A DNA stretch of 64,000 nt from Eubacteriales bacterium (lineage in GTDB: Bacteria > Bacillota > Clostridia > Oscillospirales > CAG-272). A model generated the notes under the pieces. That model made no database searches. It was not told where the DNA came from and saw only the letters and a list, made by a program, of their open reading frames with translations. Location of the stretch: positions 11,714 through 75,713 of the forward strand of contig JAZSFA010000045.1 of the NCBI GenBank assembly GCA_045531965.1, written 5' to 3'. A program made the position numbers and the translations under genes. Numbering within the stretch: the stretch's first letter is position 1; each line of letters starts with the position of its first letter. Of this stretch, positions 7,172-17,274 are shown one piece after another.

Positions 7172-9742
7172 TTAATGTGCCTCGAACCATGTTTTCCCCA
7201 TGTGAGCTTCTACGTCCAGGGGCACCGATAATTTGACGGCATTTTCCATCTCCTCCTTGAGAAGCGTCAACGCCTGTTCGGCACAATCTCTGTGGGCATC
7301 CAAAATCAGCTCGTCGTGGACCTGGAGAATGAGCTTGGCATCCAAACTACTTTCGGAAAGCCGCTTGTGCACACGAACCATAGCGATTTTGATGATGTCG
7401 GCGGCGGTACCCTGAATGGGGGAGTTCATGGCTACACGTTCACCAAATTTTTTGCGCATTTTGTTGGATTCTGCCAGCTCGGGAATGAATCTCCGGCGTC
7501 CCAATTCGGTGGTCACATAACCTTGATCGTAAGCTGTCTGAATGATGTCCTTCAAATACTTATCGATCTGTGGATAAGAGTGGAGATAACTCTCAATATA
7601 GGATTTTGCCTCAGTGCGGGAGATGTGCAGATCCTCGGCGAGCGAGAAGTCACCCATCCCGTACATGATGCCGAAGTTGACCGCTTTGGCTTTCTTTCTA
7701 AGCTCAATAGTCACCGCTTCTGGAGGTACACCAAAGACGCGGGATGCCGTGTCGGTGTGGATGTCAAAGCCGCCTAAGAACGCAGAACGCATGGCGTCGT
7801 CGCCCGCAATGGCCGCCAAAAGGCGAAGCTCGATCTGGGAGTAATCTGCGTCGATCAGCACACGGTCAGGGGCGGATGCCACGAAAAAGCGGCGCAATTC
7901 CCGCCCAAGCTCGGTACGGATGGGGATGTTTTGTAGGTTAGGCTCAGCCGAAGACAGGCGTCCTGTGGCGGTACCCGTCTGCTTGAAGGTGGTATGGACA
8001 CGTCCCTCGCCGTCGGCTACTTTGAGCAATCCATCCACGTATGTGGACTTCAGTTTGGTTACCTGACGGTACTCCAGAATATCCTCGATGATGGGGTGAT
8101 ATTTCTTTAGTTTTTCCAGCACTTCGGCGCTCGTGGAGTATCCTGTTTTGGTCTTCTTGTCGGTGGGGAGCATCAGCTCTTCAAAAAGCACCTCACCCAG
8201 CTGTTTTGGGGAATTGATGTTGAATGCCCGACCGGCATAGGTGAAGATGCGGGATTCGAGGTCTGTAGCTAATGTGTCCAAGACCAAGCCGTAGGCTTGA
8301 ATGGCTTCACGTTCCACTTTAAATCCGATCAACTCCATATCGCAAAGCACGGCGCACAGAGGCATCTCAATGTCAAAGAAGACCTTTTCCTGTTTCGTGT
8401 TTTTCAGATCAGCCAAAAGAGGGGAGTAAAGATCGTAGATATATCCAACCGTAGCGATCTCCTCTCGGGGGGATTCCCCAAGGAAGGCGATACACAGGCG
8501 ATCAAGGTCAAAACCTCCCATACCCGCATTGATGACGTAAGCCGCCAGCATCACGTCAAAACTACAGCCGCGGTATTCGATTCCCATAGCGGAGAGCTGT
8601 TTGTAAAGGCTCTTGGCATCATAGGTGACAATTTCATGACCCGCGTTGGACAGGAAAGCAGACAACGCCGCCCCATCGAGCGTGTTGCAGATATAACCCT
8701 CCTTGCCGTCCCATAGAGTCAGTACCCCTTGCTCATTCAGATGAAAGGCGTATCTGCCTGCGGGCAGGGATGGGAGTGTGTTGCTTTTCAAAGACTTTAA
8801 ATCTGATATGAGGCAGACTGTCTTTTCAGCGGCAGGCGTTTCGGCTTCCACACTTGCCTCGATGGGACTTTTCTCGCTGTGAAGCTCAAACCGCTTGATG
8901 AAGCCGGAAAACTCGTACTTCACGCACAATTCGTACAAAGCTGTCTTGTCCATGGGATGGCAGGTCAGATCCTCTAAGGACAGCCCCAAGGGAGCCTCGC
9001 GGCAAATGCGAGCCAAGTTTTGAGAGAGATAGGCGCTGTCTTTGCCATCTTCCAACTTTTTGCGTACCGAGGGGGTATGCTTGGCGGTGGGTAATGTTTC
9101 GTAGATGCCGTCAAGAGATCCGAACTCCGAAATCAGCTTGAGGGCGGTTTTCTCGCCGATGCCGGGGACACCGGGGATGTTGTCTGAGCTGTCGCCCATG
9201 AGGGCTTTGACGTCCACAAACTGATCGGGGCGGACACCGTATTTTTCCATAAAAGCCGTTTCGTCCATAAGCTTGGTCTCGGTGTTGCCCGCCAATAGAA
9301 CGTGGGACGTGGCACTGATGAGTTGGAGAGAGTCCTTGTCTCCCGTCAAGACGTAAGCTTCGCAAAGCTCATCGCATTTTTCTGCCATGTTTACCAGCGT
9401 GCCGAGAATATCGTCTGCCTCGTAGCCGGGGCAATCCAGGACGTTGAGACCCAAAGCCTCGGACAGAGGGCGGGAGGCGGGCATCTGCTCACGAAGCTCC
9501 TCTGGCATGGCATGACGACCTGCCTTGTAGTCGTCATACATCTTGTGACGGAAGGTGGGCTCTTTTAAGTCGTAAGCAATGACGGCGTAGTCGGGCTTGA
9601 TCGCTTCCAACTGTTTAGTGATCACGTTAACGAGACCGTACAGGGCGTTGGTGTGGAAGCCTTCTCGGTTGGTGAGCAGACGGATACCGTAGAAGGATCG
9701 GTTCAAGATACTGTTGCCATCGATGCAAAGTAATTTTTTCAT
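7172..9742 (-). CDS. polA: DNA polymerase I
   Basis: 856 aa. The 5'-nuclease domain has LLCIDGNSILNRSFYG and GDSSDNIPGVPGIGEKTA. The family-A polymerase motifs are DYSQIELR, RRKAKAVNFGIMYG and QVHDEL. The central domain lacks an obvious DxE exonuclease motif, as in Bacillus-type PolA. Confidence 0.97.
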   Translation of the reverse strand: MKKLLCIDGNSILNRSFYGIRLLTNREGFHTNALYGLVNVITKQLEAIKPDYAVIAYDLKEPTFRHKMYDDYKAGRHAMPEELREQMPASRPLSEALGLNVLDCPGYEADDILGTLVNMAEKCDELCEAYVLTGDKDSLQLISATSHVLLAGNTETKLMDETAFMEKYGVRPDQFVDVKALMGDSSDNIPGVPGIGEKTALKLISEFGSLDGIYETLPTAKHTPSVRKKLEDGKDSAYLSQNLARICREAPLGLSLEDLTCHPMDKTALYELCVKYEFSGFIKRFELHSEKSPIEASVEAETPAAEKTVCLISDLKSLKSNTLPSLPAGRYAFHLNEQGVLTLWDGKEGYICNTLDGAALSAFLSNAGHEIVTYDAKSLYKQLSAMGIEYRGCSFDVMLAAYVINAGMGGFDLDRLCIAFLGESPREEIATVGYIYDLYSPLLADLKNTKQEKVFFDIEMPLCAVLCDMELIGFKVEREAIQAYGLVLDTLATDLESRIFTYAGRAFNINSPKQLGEVLFEELMLPTDKKTKTGYSTSAEVLEKLKKYHPIIEDILEYRQVTKLKSTYVDGLLKVADGEGRVHTTFKQTGTATGRLSSAEPNLQNIPIRTELGRELRRFFVASAPDRVLIDADYSQIELRLLAAIAGDDAMRSAFLGGFDIHTDTASRVFGVPPEAVTIELRKKAKAVNFGIMYGMGDFSLAEDLHISRTEAKSYIESYLHSYPQIDKYLKDIIQTAYDQGYVTTELGRRRFIPELAESNKMRKKFGERVAMNSPIQGTAADIIKIAMVRVHKRLSESSLDAKLILQVHDELILDAHRDCAEQALTLLKEEMENAVKLSVPLDVEAHMGKTWFEAH

Positions 9743-9813
9743 GTGGATGCACTCCGTTGGTTGTTTTGACTATAATCATACTTAAATAATAATGATAATA
9801 ATATACCTTGTAC

Positions 9814-9842
9814 AGTATACCACGAAAGGGGGTATTTGTCAA
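9814..9842 (-). promoter_or_regulatory. Sigma-A promoter of polA
   Basis: On the reverse strand: TTGACA, 17 nt, TATACT, about 70 nt upstream of the polA ATG. Confidence 0.5.
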
Positions 9843-9878
9843 GGGAAAAGGCGGACAATCATTTATCTTTGTTTTCTC

Positions 9879-9907
9879 TTGAAATTCTTCCGCAAATGTG
9901 TTATAAT
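9879..9907 (+). promoter_or_regulatory. Sigma-A promoter of the MBL-hydrolase gene
   Basis: TTGAAA, 17 nt, TATAAT, 36 nt upstream of the ATG at 9943. Confidence 0.5.
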
Positions 9908-9942
9908 AGAGGCAGAAAAAAACGAATTAAAGAGGTGAGTAC

Positions 9943-10842
9943 ATGGCTTACAAAAAGAGAAGAAAAAAGAAGTACGGTGTTATAACCTTTACGTTGGCAA
10001 TCATCGTAGCTTTACTGGTTTTCTTGTATTCTCAAGGTTATTTGGATGGTGTTTTCGGTCAAAAAGCGCCGCCTGCGCCCGTCGAAGGTCAAGCGGAATT
10101 TCATTTTATTGACGTGGGTCAAGGCGATGCTGCCCTGATTCGAACATCAGCGGGAAACGTATTGATTGACGCGGGAACCAACGACGCGGAGGAAGAGCTG
10201 GTCGCTTATCTCAAAGCCGAAGGAATTACCGAGTTGGCATATGCGATCTTCACCCATCCTCACGAAGACCATATCGGCGGCGCGGATGCGGTTTTGGATT
10301 ACTGTGAAGTAAAAAATGTGATTTTGCCTGACGTGACAACCAACACGGTCGTCTATACCCGCATGATGGATGCTGTCGAAGCCGAAGGGGCTACCGTGAT
10401 TATCGCTGTTCCTGAAGCGGTTTATACCGTAGGCGATCTAAAATTGACTATCCTCGCGCCGATTGGCAAGGACTATGCCGATATGAATAATACAAGTGTG
10501 GTACTACGCGCGGATTTCGGCGGTTCTTCCGTCCTGTACACGGGTGATGCTGAAGACGTGTCCGAAGAAGAAATGCTGGAGCGCTACCGCTTGAACGGTA
10601 AACTGGACTGCGATCTTCTCAAAGTCGGTCACCACGGTTCGGAAAATTCTTCCACTGAAGCGTTTCTTGACGTAGTAACACCTGAACTGGCGGTTATTTC
10701 TTGTGGGGAAGGGAATAAATACGGTCACCCCACACAGGAGACACTTGCCCGGCTTAACGAAAGACAGGTTACTTACTGGCGTACAGATCTGTTGGGCTCG
10801 ATCGTTGTCATCAGCGATGGAGAAACCCTCATAAAGGAATAA
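9943..10842 (+). CDS. Membrane-anchored MBL-fold metallo-hydrolase (like the ComEC C-terminal domain)
   Basis: N-terminal TM segment (ITFTLAIIVALLVFLY). Metallo-beta-lactamase motifs HFIDVGQGDA, THPHEDHIGG and VGHHGS. Confidence 0.85.
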   Translation: MAYKKRRKKKYGVITFTLAIIVALLVFLYSQGYLDGVFGQKAPPAPVEGQAEFHFIDVGQGDAALIRTSAGNVLIDAGTNDAEEELVAYLKAEGITELAYAIFTHPHEDHIGGADAVLDYCEVKNVILPDVTTNTVVYTRMMDAVEAEGATVIIAVPEAVYTVGDLKLTILAPIGKDYADMNNTSVVLRADFGGSSVLYTGDAEDVSEEEMLERYRLNGKLDCDLLKVGHHGSENSSTEAFLDVVTPELAVISCGEGNKYGHPTQETLARLNERQVTYWRTDLLGSIVVISDGETLIKE

Positions 10843-10995
10843 AACATGACCTTGGGTGTATTGCACAACTTTGTGTTAATATACCCAAGGCTTCTTTCTG
10901 TCTGCTGTTTGGCGTTTTTGTGCTTTCGTGCAGACAAAAATAATACCAAATTGTAAATAATGACACCTTTCTTGAAGAAAATCACAAAAAAGCTG

Positions 10996-11024
10996 TTGAC
11001 AGATTGGTGAATTTGTGGTATATT
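10996..11024 (+). promoter_or_regulatory. Sigma-A promoter (extended -10) of rsmE
   Basis: TTGACA, 17 nt, TATATT, with TG at -15/-14. It leaves a leader of about 130 nt. Confidence 0.5.
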
Positions 11025-11154
11025 AATATGCGAAATCATGTCAATAGCTTTGTGAATTGTCACCATACCATCAAATATGCCACAAGGGTTCTCGGATTTG
11101 TTCCTGAGAAGATGCTCCAAACCTACGGCAGACAGTAAAGGAGGCAGAAAGAGT

Positions 11155-11919
11155 ATGCCGCGTTTTTTTGTCTCAATGTCAGCTTTTTCGGGGGATACCG
11201 TCACGCTTTCCGGAGATGATGCTCATCATATCGCGTATTCCCTCCGCCTTGCCGCGGGAGAACATATCTCGGTTTGCTGTGATGGCTTGGTATACGACTG
11301 TATTCTCGAAGCTTTTTCTTCTGAAAAGAATCATCCTTGGGTGACGGCGAGAATCTGTCAAACATCCCCTGCCGACACCGAGCCGCCCTATGAAGCCCGC
11401 CTATATCAGGCGCTGCCGAAGGGGGATAAACTGGATACCATCATTCAGAAGTCGGTAGAATGCGGTGTTGCCCGTGTAATTCCGTTTGAAAGCAGTCGAT
11501 GCATTGCTCGAGCCAAGCCCGAAGCGGAAGCTCGGAAGACAGAAAGACGGCAACGTATCGCCGAAGAAGCAGCAAAACAATGTGGCAGAGGGATCATTCC
11601 GTCTGTGACTTCCACCATATCATTTGAAATGATGTTGGAGGAAGCCGCTACCGCCGATCTTGTGCTGTTTTGCTATGAAGCTGAAGGAACACGCCCCTTA
11701 CCGAGTGTGCTAAAGGAGCGATTGCCTTTTATATCGTCTGATGCACCTCGCCCTACCATCGCTGTGATAGTCGGTTCTGAAGGTGGTTTTTCTCCCGAGG
11801 AAGCTACTGAAGCTGCCCGTAAAGGCTTTACTATGGTCGGTTTGGGCAAACGTATTCTGAGATGCGAAACCGCACCTGCCTTTGCGCTCGGGTGCTTGTC
11901 TTACCAATATGAGCTTTAA
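11155..11919 (+). CDS. rsmE: 16S rRNA (uracil1498-N3)-methyltransferase
   Basis: MPRFFV N-terminus, PUA-like N-domain, and SPOUT C-domain with IAVIVGSEGGFSPEE and LGKRILRCETA. Start ATG at 11155 follows AAAGGAGG. The track start at 11077 has no support. Confidence 0.9.
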   Translation: MPRFFVSMSAFSGDTVTLSGDDAHHIAYSLRLAAGEHISVCCDGLVYDCILEAFSSEKNHPWVTARICQTSPADTEPPYEARLYQALPKGDKLDTIIQKSVECGVARVIPFESSRCIARAKPEAEARKTERRQRIAEEAAKQCGRGIIPSVTSTISFEMMLEEAATADLVLFCYEAEGTRPLPSVLKERLPFISSDAPRPTIAVIVGSEGGFSPEEATEAARKGFTMVGLGKRILRCETAPAFALGCLSYQYEL

Positions 11920-12015
11920 TACCCCCCGCTATGTACCTACCCGTTTTGTACCCAATGTCGCCGTCGGGCGAAAAATATATTTAAGGATAGATATTAAAAA
12001 AGAGAGGTATCATTT

Positions 12016-13101
12016 ATGTCCAACAGACTGTTTCAAAGCGTTATCCATCAAATGAAGGATATCATTGACCGTACCATCGGTGTCGTTGACGAGACCGGCG
12101 TGGTCATTGCTTGCTCCGAACTTGTGAAGATCGGTGAGGTGAGACAGAATATCCGGGATGAAATGGCATATGCCACCGATATGTTTGTTTCGGGTGGCTA
12201 TACGTATCGTCCTCTGACCAATGGTGTCAAGCGAGAGTACGTTATTTTTGTGGAGGGTGATGATGGCGAGGCTGACAGAACGTCCCGCCTGCTTTCTGTT
12301 GCGCTCAGCAACATCAAGAATCTATACGATGAAAAGTATGACAAGAGCTCTTTCATCAAGAACATTATCCTTGATAACATCCTGCCCTCGGATATTTACA
12401 TCAAGTCCAAGGAGTTGCATTTCAATGCAGAAGAATCCCGCATTGTTTTCTTGATCAAGTTCTATGGCAAGACTGACATGATGCCCTTTGAAATGCTTCA
12501 AAATATGTTCCCCGACAAGACTCGCGATTATGTGATCAGCGTGGGCGAACATGATATCGTGCTGGTCAAGGAAGTCAAGCCAGGCTCGGAAAACCGCGAG
12601 ATGGAAAAGATTGCCACCAATATCGTGGATACCCTTTCCTCCGAATTCTACACCAAGGTTTCTATCGGTGTGTCCACTATCGTGGATAACATCAAGGATT
12701 TGGCGAGAGCTTATAAAGAAGCTCAGATCGCGTTGGATGTCGGTAAGGTGTTTGAGAATGAAAAGAACGTGGTCAGCTATGAAAACCTGGGCATCGGTCG
12801 TCTGATTTATCAGTTGCCTACCACCCTCTGCGAGATGTTCCTGCAAGAGGTCTTCAAGAAGGGTAGTCTGGAGTCTCTCGACCGCGAGACTCTCATGACC
12901 ATCCAGTGCTTCTTTGAGAACAACCTCAACGTGTCCGAGACCTCCAGAAAGCTCTTTGTCCACCGTAATACCTTGGTGTACCGTTTGGAAAAGATCCGCA
13001 AACTAACCGGTCTTGATCTTCGTGAGTTTGAGCATGCCATTACCTTTAAGGTAGCGCTCATGGTTAAGAAGTATCTATCTTCCAAGAATAACAAATATTG
13101 A
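12016..13101 (+). CDS. PucR/CdaR-family transcriptional regulator
   Basis: 361 aa with the PucR-type C-terminal HTH (NVSETSRKLFVHRNTLVYRLEKIRKLTGLDLREFEHA). Confidence 0.8.
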   Translation: MSNRLFQSVIHQMKDIIDRTIGVVDETGVVIACSELVKIGEVRQNIRDEMAYATDMFVSGGYTYRPLTNGVKREYVIFVEGDDGEADRTSRLLSVALSNIKNLYDEKYDKSSFIKNIILDNILPSDIYIKSKELHFNAEESRIVFLIKFYGKTDMMPFEMLQNMFPDKTRDYVISVGEHDIVLVKEVKPGSENREMEKIATNIVDTLSSEFYTKVSIGVSTIVDNIKDLARAYKEAQIALDVGKVFENEKNVVSYENLGIGRLIYQLPTTLCEMFLQEVFKKGSLESLDRETLMTIQCFFENNLNVSETSRKLFVHRNTLVYRLEKIRKLTGLDLREFEHAITFKVALMVKKYLSSKNNKY

Positions 13102-13234
13102 TCCTGACCTCAACGTTTGAAGGTGTACGCCCTTGTATAAAAAAGCGTGCCTGTCGCATAAAATGTTATGAGACGAGCCTATGGTGAGTTATGCCCATAG
13201 GAAATAGTAGTAATTATAGAGGTACAGATCCCGA

Positions 13235-14848
13235 ATGAAAAAATACGATTACCGAGTGGAGGGTGTCTTTCACGTTGACGAAAACGATCCGACACCCTAC
13301 AAAAAACTGAACGCCGCGCTGTGTGAGATCCCTATGGTGGAAAGTGCTACCGTCCATGGTAAAGGCTCTAACGTGACCAGCGTGACGGTGACCTATAAGA
13401 GCCAACTGTCTGCCGACGATCTGACGGCTGTGGAAGCGATTCTGTCATCTTGTCTTGCAAAATATGGGCTGACACTGGAGACCCCCGCACTGTCGGAAAC
13501 CTATGTAACGTCTCCAGCCCCAAAACAAGGTAAAACAGTTCCCTTGATGGCAGCTGTAGGCGCGATGATCACAGCGGTGATTCTTGCTGTGCTTTGCACC
13601 TTTTCCGTCATGACCATGACAGAAAATCGAAAAGACGATATGACCGTGGTGGAAGGGACAGGCGAATCTGAAGAAAGCCCTTACGAGCTTCTTGATTTCT
13701 TGGATGATTTGTTTGCCCAAGCCTCTCCTCATGAGATCGATCGTGAAATTCTCATGGAATCCGTGCTTGATGCCTATATGGAAGCGACAGGGGATCGTTA
13801 TGCTGAGTATTATACCCCGGAGGAATACGCCAGTTTAACCAACGATCAGAACGGAGAGATGTATGGCGTGGGTATCCAGGTGGTCAACGGAAATGCCATG
13901 GTTAACGGTGAGGATGTTTCTGCTATTGTCATTGCTTACGTTTTTGTCGGCTCTCCGGCAGAGGCCGCAGGGCTTCTCCCCGGTGATGCCATCATTTACG
14001 TAGGCAAGGAGGAAGAAAAACAAGCCGTATCGGACTTGGGCTATACCCAAGCTATGGCGCTTTTGGCGGGTGAAGAAGGGACGCTTTGCGAATTTTCCGT
14101 CTACCGTCAGCAAACAGGTGAAGAACTGGCTTTTTCTATCGAACGAAAAAAGATTACGACCATGTCTGTGACCTATAGTGTTTGTGCCACAGATGCCGAG
14201 GTGGGTGTCATCCGTCTCATCGAATTTGATAACACCACACCGTCTCAGCTGACAGCCGCGATTGAGGCGCTGAAGGCTGAAGGATGCCAATCTTTTGTTT
14301 TTGATTTGCGCGGGAATCCGGGAGGGCTGCTTACCTCTGTGGTGGACGTGCTGACCTTCTTTTTGAACGAAGGGGACGTTATCCTTACCGCCAAGGATAA
14401 GTATGACCGGGTGGAGACCATCAAGGTTGGCTCTCCTGACGATAAGGGTATGTTGACCAGCGGTTTGGGGACACTGACTGCCGAAGATATCGGTAAGTAT
14501 AAGGACTTGAATTTTACGGTTCTGGTCAATGAATATTCCGCCTCTGCCGCCGAACTCTTTACGGCAAACATCCGTGATTATCAACTGGGAAAAATCGTGG
14601 GCACGACGACGTATGGAAAAGGCTCTATGCAGACGACCTACCCGCTGTCCTACTATGGGTTTGATGGCGCGATCAAGCTGACTGTCAAGTTCTATTTCCC
14701 TCCCTGCGGAGAAGGCTATGACGGTATTGGCATTATTCCCGATCACGTTGTAGAGCTTTCAGAGGAGGCGAAGAAGGTTAATATCAATATTCTACCTCAT
14801 GAAAAAGACAATCAATTGCAAGAAGCCATCAAACATTTGAAACCTTAA
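13235..14848 (+). CDS. S41-family carboxy-terminal processing protease with an extra N-terminal domain and a TM anchor
   Basis: TM segment (MAAVGAMITAVILAVLCTF), PDZ-like segment (GSPAEAAGLLPGDAII), and S41 core (FDLRGNPGGL, NEYSASAAELF, TTTYGKGSMQ). Confidence 0.9.
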   Translation: MKKYDYRVEGVFHVDENDPTPYKKLNAALCEIPMVESATVHGKGSNVTSVTVTYKSQLSADDLTAVEAILSSCLAKYGLTLETPALSETYVTSPAPKQGKTVPLMAAVGAMITAVILAVLCTFSVMTMTENRKDDMTVVEGTGESEESPYELLDFLDDLFAQASPHEIDREILMESVLDAYMEATGDRYAEYYTPEEYASLTNDQNGEMYGVGIQVVNGNAMVNGEDVSAIVIAYVFVGSPAEAAGLLPGDAIIYVGKEEEKQAVSDLGYTQAMALLAGEEGTLCEFSVYRQQTGEELAFSIERKKITTMSVTYSVCATDAEVGVIRLIEFDNTTPSQLTAAIEALKAEGCQSFVFDLRGNPGGLLTSVVDVLTFFLNEGDVILTAKDKYDRVETIKVGSPDDKGMLTSGLGTLTAEDIGKYKDLNFTVLVNEYSASAAELFTANIRDYQLGKIVGTTTYGKGSMQTTYPLSYYGFDGAIKLTVKFYFPPCGEGYDGIGIIPDHVVELSEEAKKVNINILPHEKDNQLQEAIKHLKP

Positions 14849-14883
14849 AATTCATTTATATCGCTATACAAAGGAGAATTATC

Positions 14884-15375
14884 ATGCCTGAGAATAAGCA
14901 AATGTATACACCCCAAGGTTACCAGGAATTGGTTGACGAGCTGGAATATCTGCGGGGCAAACGAAGAGAAGAGATCCGTGAGCAGATTGCTATCGCCAGA
15001 GGTTTCGGTGACCTTTCCGAGAACGCGGAATATGATGAGGCAAGAAACGAACAGGCGAAGGTAGAAGCTCGAATTAAGGAACTGGAATCTTTGGTAGAAA
15101 ACGCTATCGTGGTAGACGAGAACGTACTGGATGCCAGCATCGTCAGTTTGGGGTCGGTGGTTCATCTTCATGATGACGATGAAGACGAGGACCTGGTATA
15201 CTATATCGTCGGTTCCAACGAAGTATCCCCCATTGAGCATAAGATTTCGGATATGTCTCCCATCGGTCATGCCCTCATGGGCAAACGCAAGGGCGACAAG
15301 GTTGTGGTCGAAGTTCCCATGGGCGAGCTTCACTTTACCGTAACCGAGGTCGATCGCGCCAATAAGAAGGACTGA
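14884..15375 (+). CDS. greA: Transcription elongation factor GreA
   Basis: GFGDLSENAEYDEARNEQAKVEARIKELE coiled-coil and a C-terminal FKBP-like domain. RBS AAAGGAG. Confidence 0.95.
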   Translation: MPENKQMYTPQGYQELVDELEYLRGKRREEIREQIAIARGFGDLSENAEYDEARNEQAKVEARIKELESLVENAIVVDENVLDASIVSLGSVVHLHDDDEDEDLVYYIVGSNEVSPIEHKISDMSPIGHALMGKRKGDKVVVEVPMGELHFTVTEVDRANKKD

Positions 15376-15390
15376 TTATAGCTAAATATC

Positions 15391-15465
15391 AACGGCTGTC
15401 ATCCATGGAGGTGTCGGTAAACCGTTAGGGTGATCGATGCGTTGTCATAGGACAGCCGTTTTTTG
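15391..15465 (+). terminator. Probable greA terminator (long-loop hairpin plus U-tract)
   Basis: AACGGCTGTC ... GACAGCCGTT followed by TTTTT. The loop of about 40 nt may fold further. Confidence 0.5.
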
Positions 15466-15486
15466 ATGCGGGAAGGAAAGTTTTTT

Positions 15487-16254
15487 ATGCAATCGGATAA
15501 TCAAAATTTTCAAGATCCTCGTGATGAAAAGCCGGAAGCGGAGCTACACCTTGAAGAGAGCCCTTTTCTCAAATGGTTGGATAACTATTGGTATCACTAT
15601 AAGTGGCGCACGCTGATCATTGCGTTTTTTGCTCTTATTGCCATCATCGTTACTGTGCAATTGATCAATCGTCCCAAGTATGATGTAACGCTGGTCTGTG
15701 GAAGCACGTACCGCATGAATGCTTCGGAGCACGTGGCGTTTGAAAAAGCGGTAGAGAAATTCATCCCTGAGGATTTTGACGGTGACGGAGAGAAATCCGC
15801 CAATATTTTGGTCTATGAAATTTTTTCTGACAGTGAATACCTGGAAGCTCTGTCCTATGCGGAAGCTGAAAGTATGGAATTTGCTATCAATGCGAAATAT
15901 AATGCTGATGAACTACAGAATTTCTCCCAGTACGCCATGATGGGGGAATCCTATGTCTTTCTTATCAGTGAATATTTATATGATCAACTGAGAGCGGGTG
16001 ACCGACTGTTGCCTGTCAGCGACTTATATGGTGACGAACCGCTACCGACGGGAATCACCGAGGATGGATATGGTGTTTATCTCAAAGACACACATTTTTA
16101 TCAGTATACCCCTGATATTCAGGCGATGCCTGACGATTTGATCCTCTGTATTTTACGAAAAGCGGCGTTCAAAGACAGTGGCAGTGATGAGATGAAGTAT
16201 GCCCGCTATGAAGCCTTTTTCAGATCCATTGTGGATTATCGTGTCAAAGAATAA
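15487..16254 (+). CDS. Hypothetical N-terminally anchored membrane protein
   Basis: The ATG at 15487 follows GGAAGGA. One TM segment (WRTLIIAFFALIAIIVTVQLI), then an acidic domain of about 190 aa. No recognisable motif. Confidence 0.6.
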   Translation: MQSDNQNFQDPRDEKPEAELHLEESPFLKWLDNYWYHYKWRTLIIAFFALIAIIVTVQLINRPKYDVTLVCGSTYRMNASEHVAFEKAVEKFIPEDFDGDGEKSANILVYEIFSDSEYLEALSYAEAESMEFAINAKYNADELQNFSQYAMMGESYVFLISEYLYDQLRAGDRLLPVSDLYGDEPLPTGITEDGYGVYLKDTHFYQYTPDIQAMPDDLILCILRKAAFKDSGSDEMKYARYEAFFRSIVDYRVKE

Positions 16255-16295
16255 CCATACTAATATGACAGTCAAGAAAAAGGAGTAAGTGCCGT

Positions 16296-17261
16296 GTGGA
16301 GCAAATAAAAAAAGGCTTTTCGGGTGTAATCATCCTTTTGGTTACCGCGATGATTTGGGGATTTTCCTTCGTTGGTCAGGTACTGGGAAGCGACCATCTG
16401 CCCCCATTTGGGTTTAATGCTTTGCGATTTTTCTTGGGCGGGGTGACAATGCTCCCTTTGTGTTTTTTTGCTGAGACGAGAAAAAATCTGCTCGGCGCAA
16501 GCAAGGAAGTCCGGAAGCGCAAGCACCGTATAACGCTACTGAGCGCTCTGCTGGCGGGATGTGCACTTTTTGCCGCCTCGACCTTGCAACAATGTGGTAT
16601 TACTATGACCCGAGATCCCGGTAAAGCAGGCTTTATTACAGGGCTTTATACTGTGCTGACACCTGTGGCATATTGGTTGATCTTCAAGAAAAAATCCTCG
16701 TGGAATGTTTGGACGGGGTGTATTTTGGCCGCTGTAGGGCTTTATATGATCTGCCTAAAAGAGAATTTTACACCGTATGTAGGCGTGGGCGAGCTGTTGA
16801 TTTTGGGCGGCGCTTTTATGTGGACCGCACATATCCTGATCGTAGATCATTTTGTCGGCAAGGTGTATGCCCTTCGTTTCTCCATGCTTCAGTATATTGT
16901 CAGTGGTGGATTGTCTCTGCTGGTCTCTTTGCTTTCAGAAACAATGACATGGGACGGTGTCCAAAACAGCGTGGGTGCGTTGTTTGTTTGTGGTGTTCTC
17001 TCGGTGGGCGTGGCATTTACCCTTCAAACCGTGGGACAACGAAGGGTTCCTCCTGCGCCCGCTGCTATTATTCTCTCGACGGAAGCTGTATTTGCCACGG
17101 TGGGGGGTGTGTTCTGGAACCTGGTCGCCCCGGCGCATTTGCATGTCGATCAGACCCTGTCTGTGCTTGGATTTGTTGGATGTGGACTGATGTTTGCAGG
17201 GATCATTCTTTCTCAAATCAGATTTAAACCTCCCAAAGACACAACCTCACCGTCTTTATGA
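16296..17261 (+). CDS. EamA/DMT-superfamily transporter
   Basis: About 10 hydrophobic segments in two repeated halves, typical of EamA. GTG start 10 nt after AGGAG. Confidence 0.85.
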   Translation: MEQIKKGFSGVIILLVTAMIWGFSFVGQVLGSDHLPPFGFNALRFFLGGVTMLPLCFFAETRKNLLGASKEVRKRKHRITLLSALLAGCALFAASTLQQCGITMTRDPGKAGFITGLYTVLTPVAYWLIFKKKSSWNVWTGCILAAVGLYMICLKENFTPYVGVGELLILGGAFMWTAHILIVDHFVGKVYALRFSMLQYIVSGGLSLLVSLLSETMTWDGVQNSVGALFVCGVLSVGVAFTLQTVGQRRVPPAPAAIILSTEAVFATVGGVFWNLVAPAHLHVDQTLSVLGFVGCGLMFAGIILSQIRFKPPKDTTSPSL

Positions 17262-17274
17262 AAGGAGCGCACGT

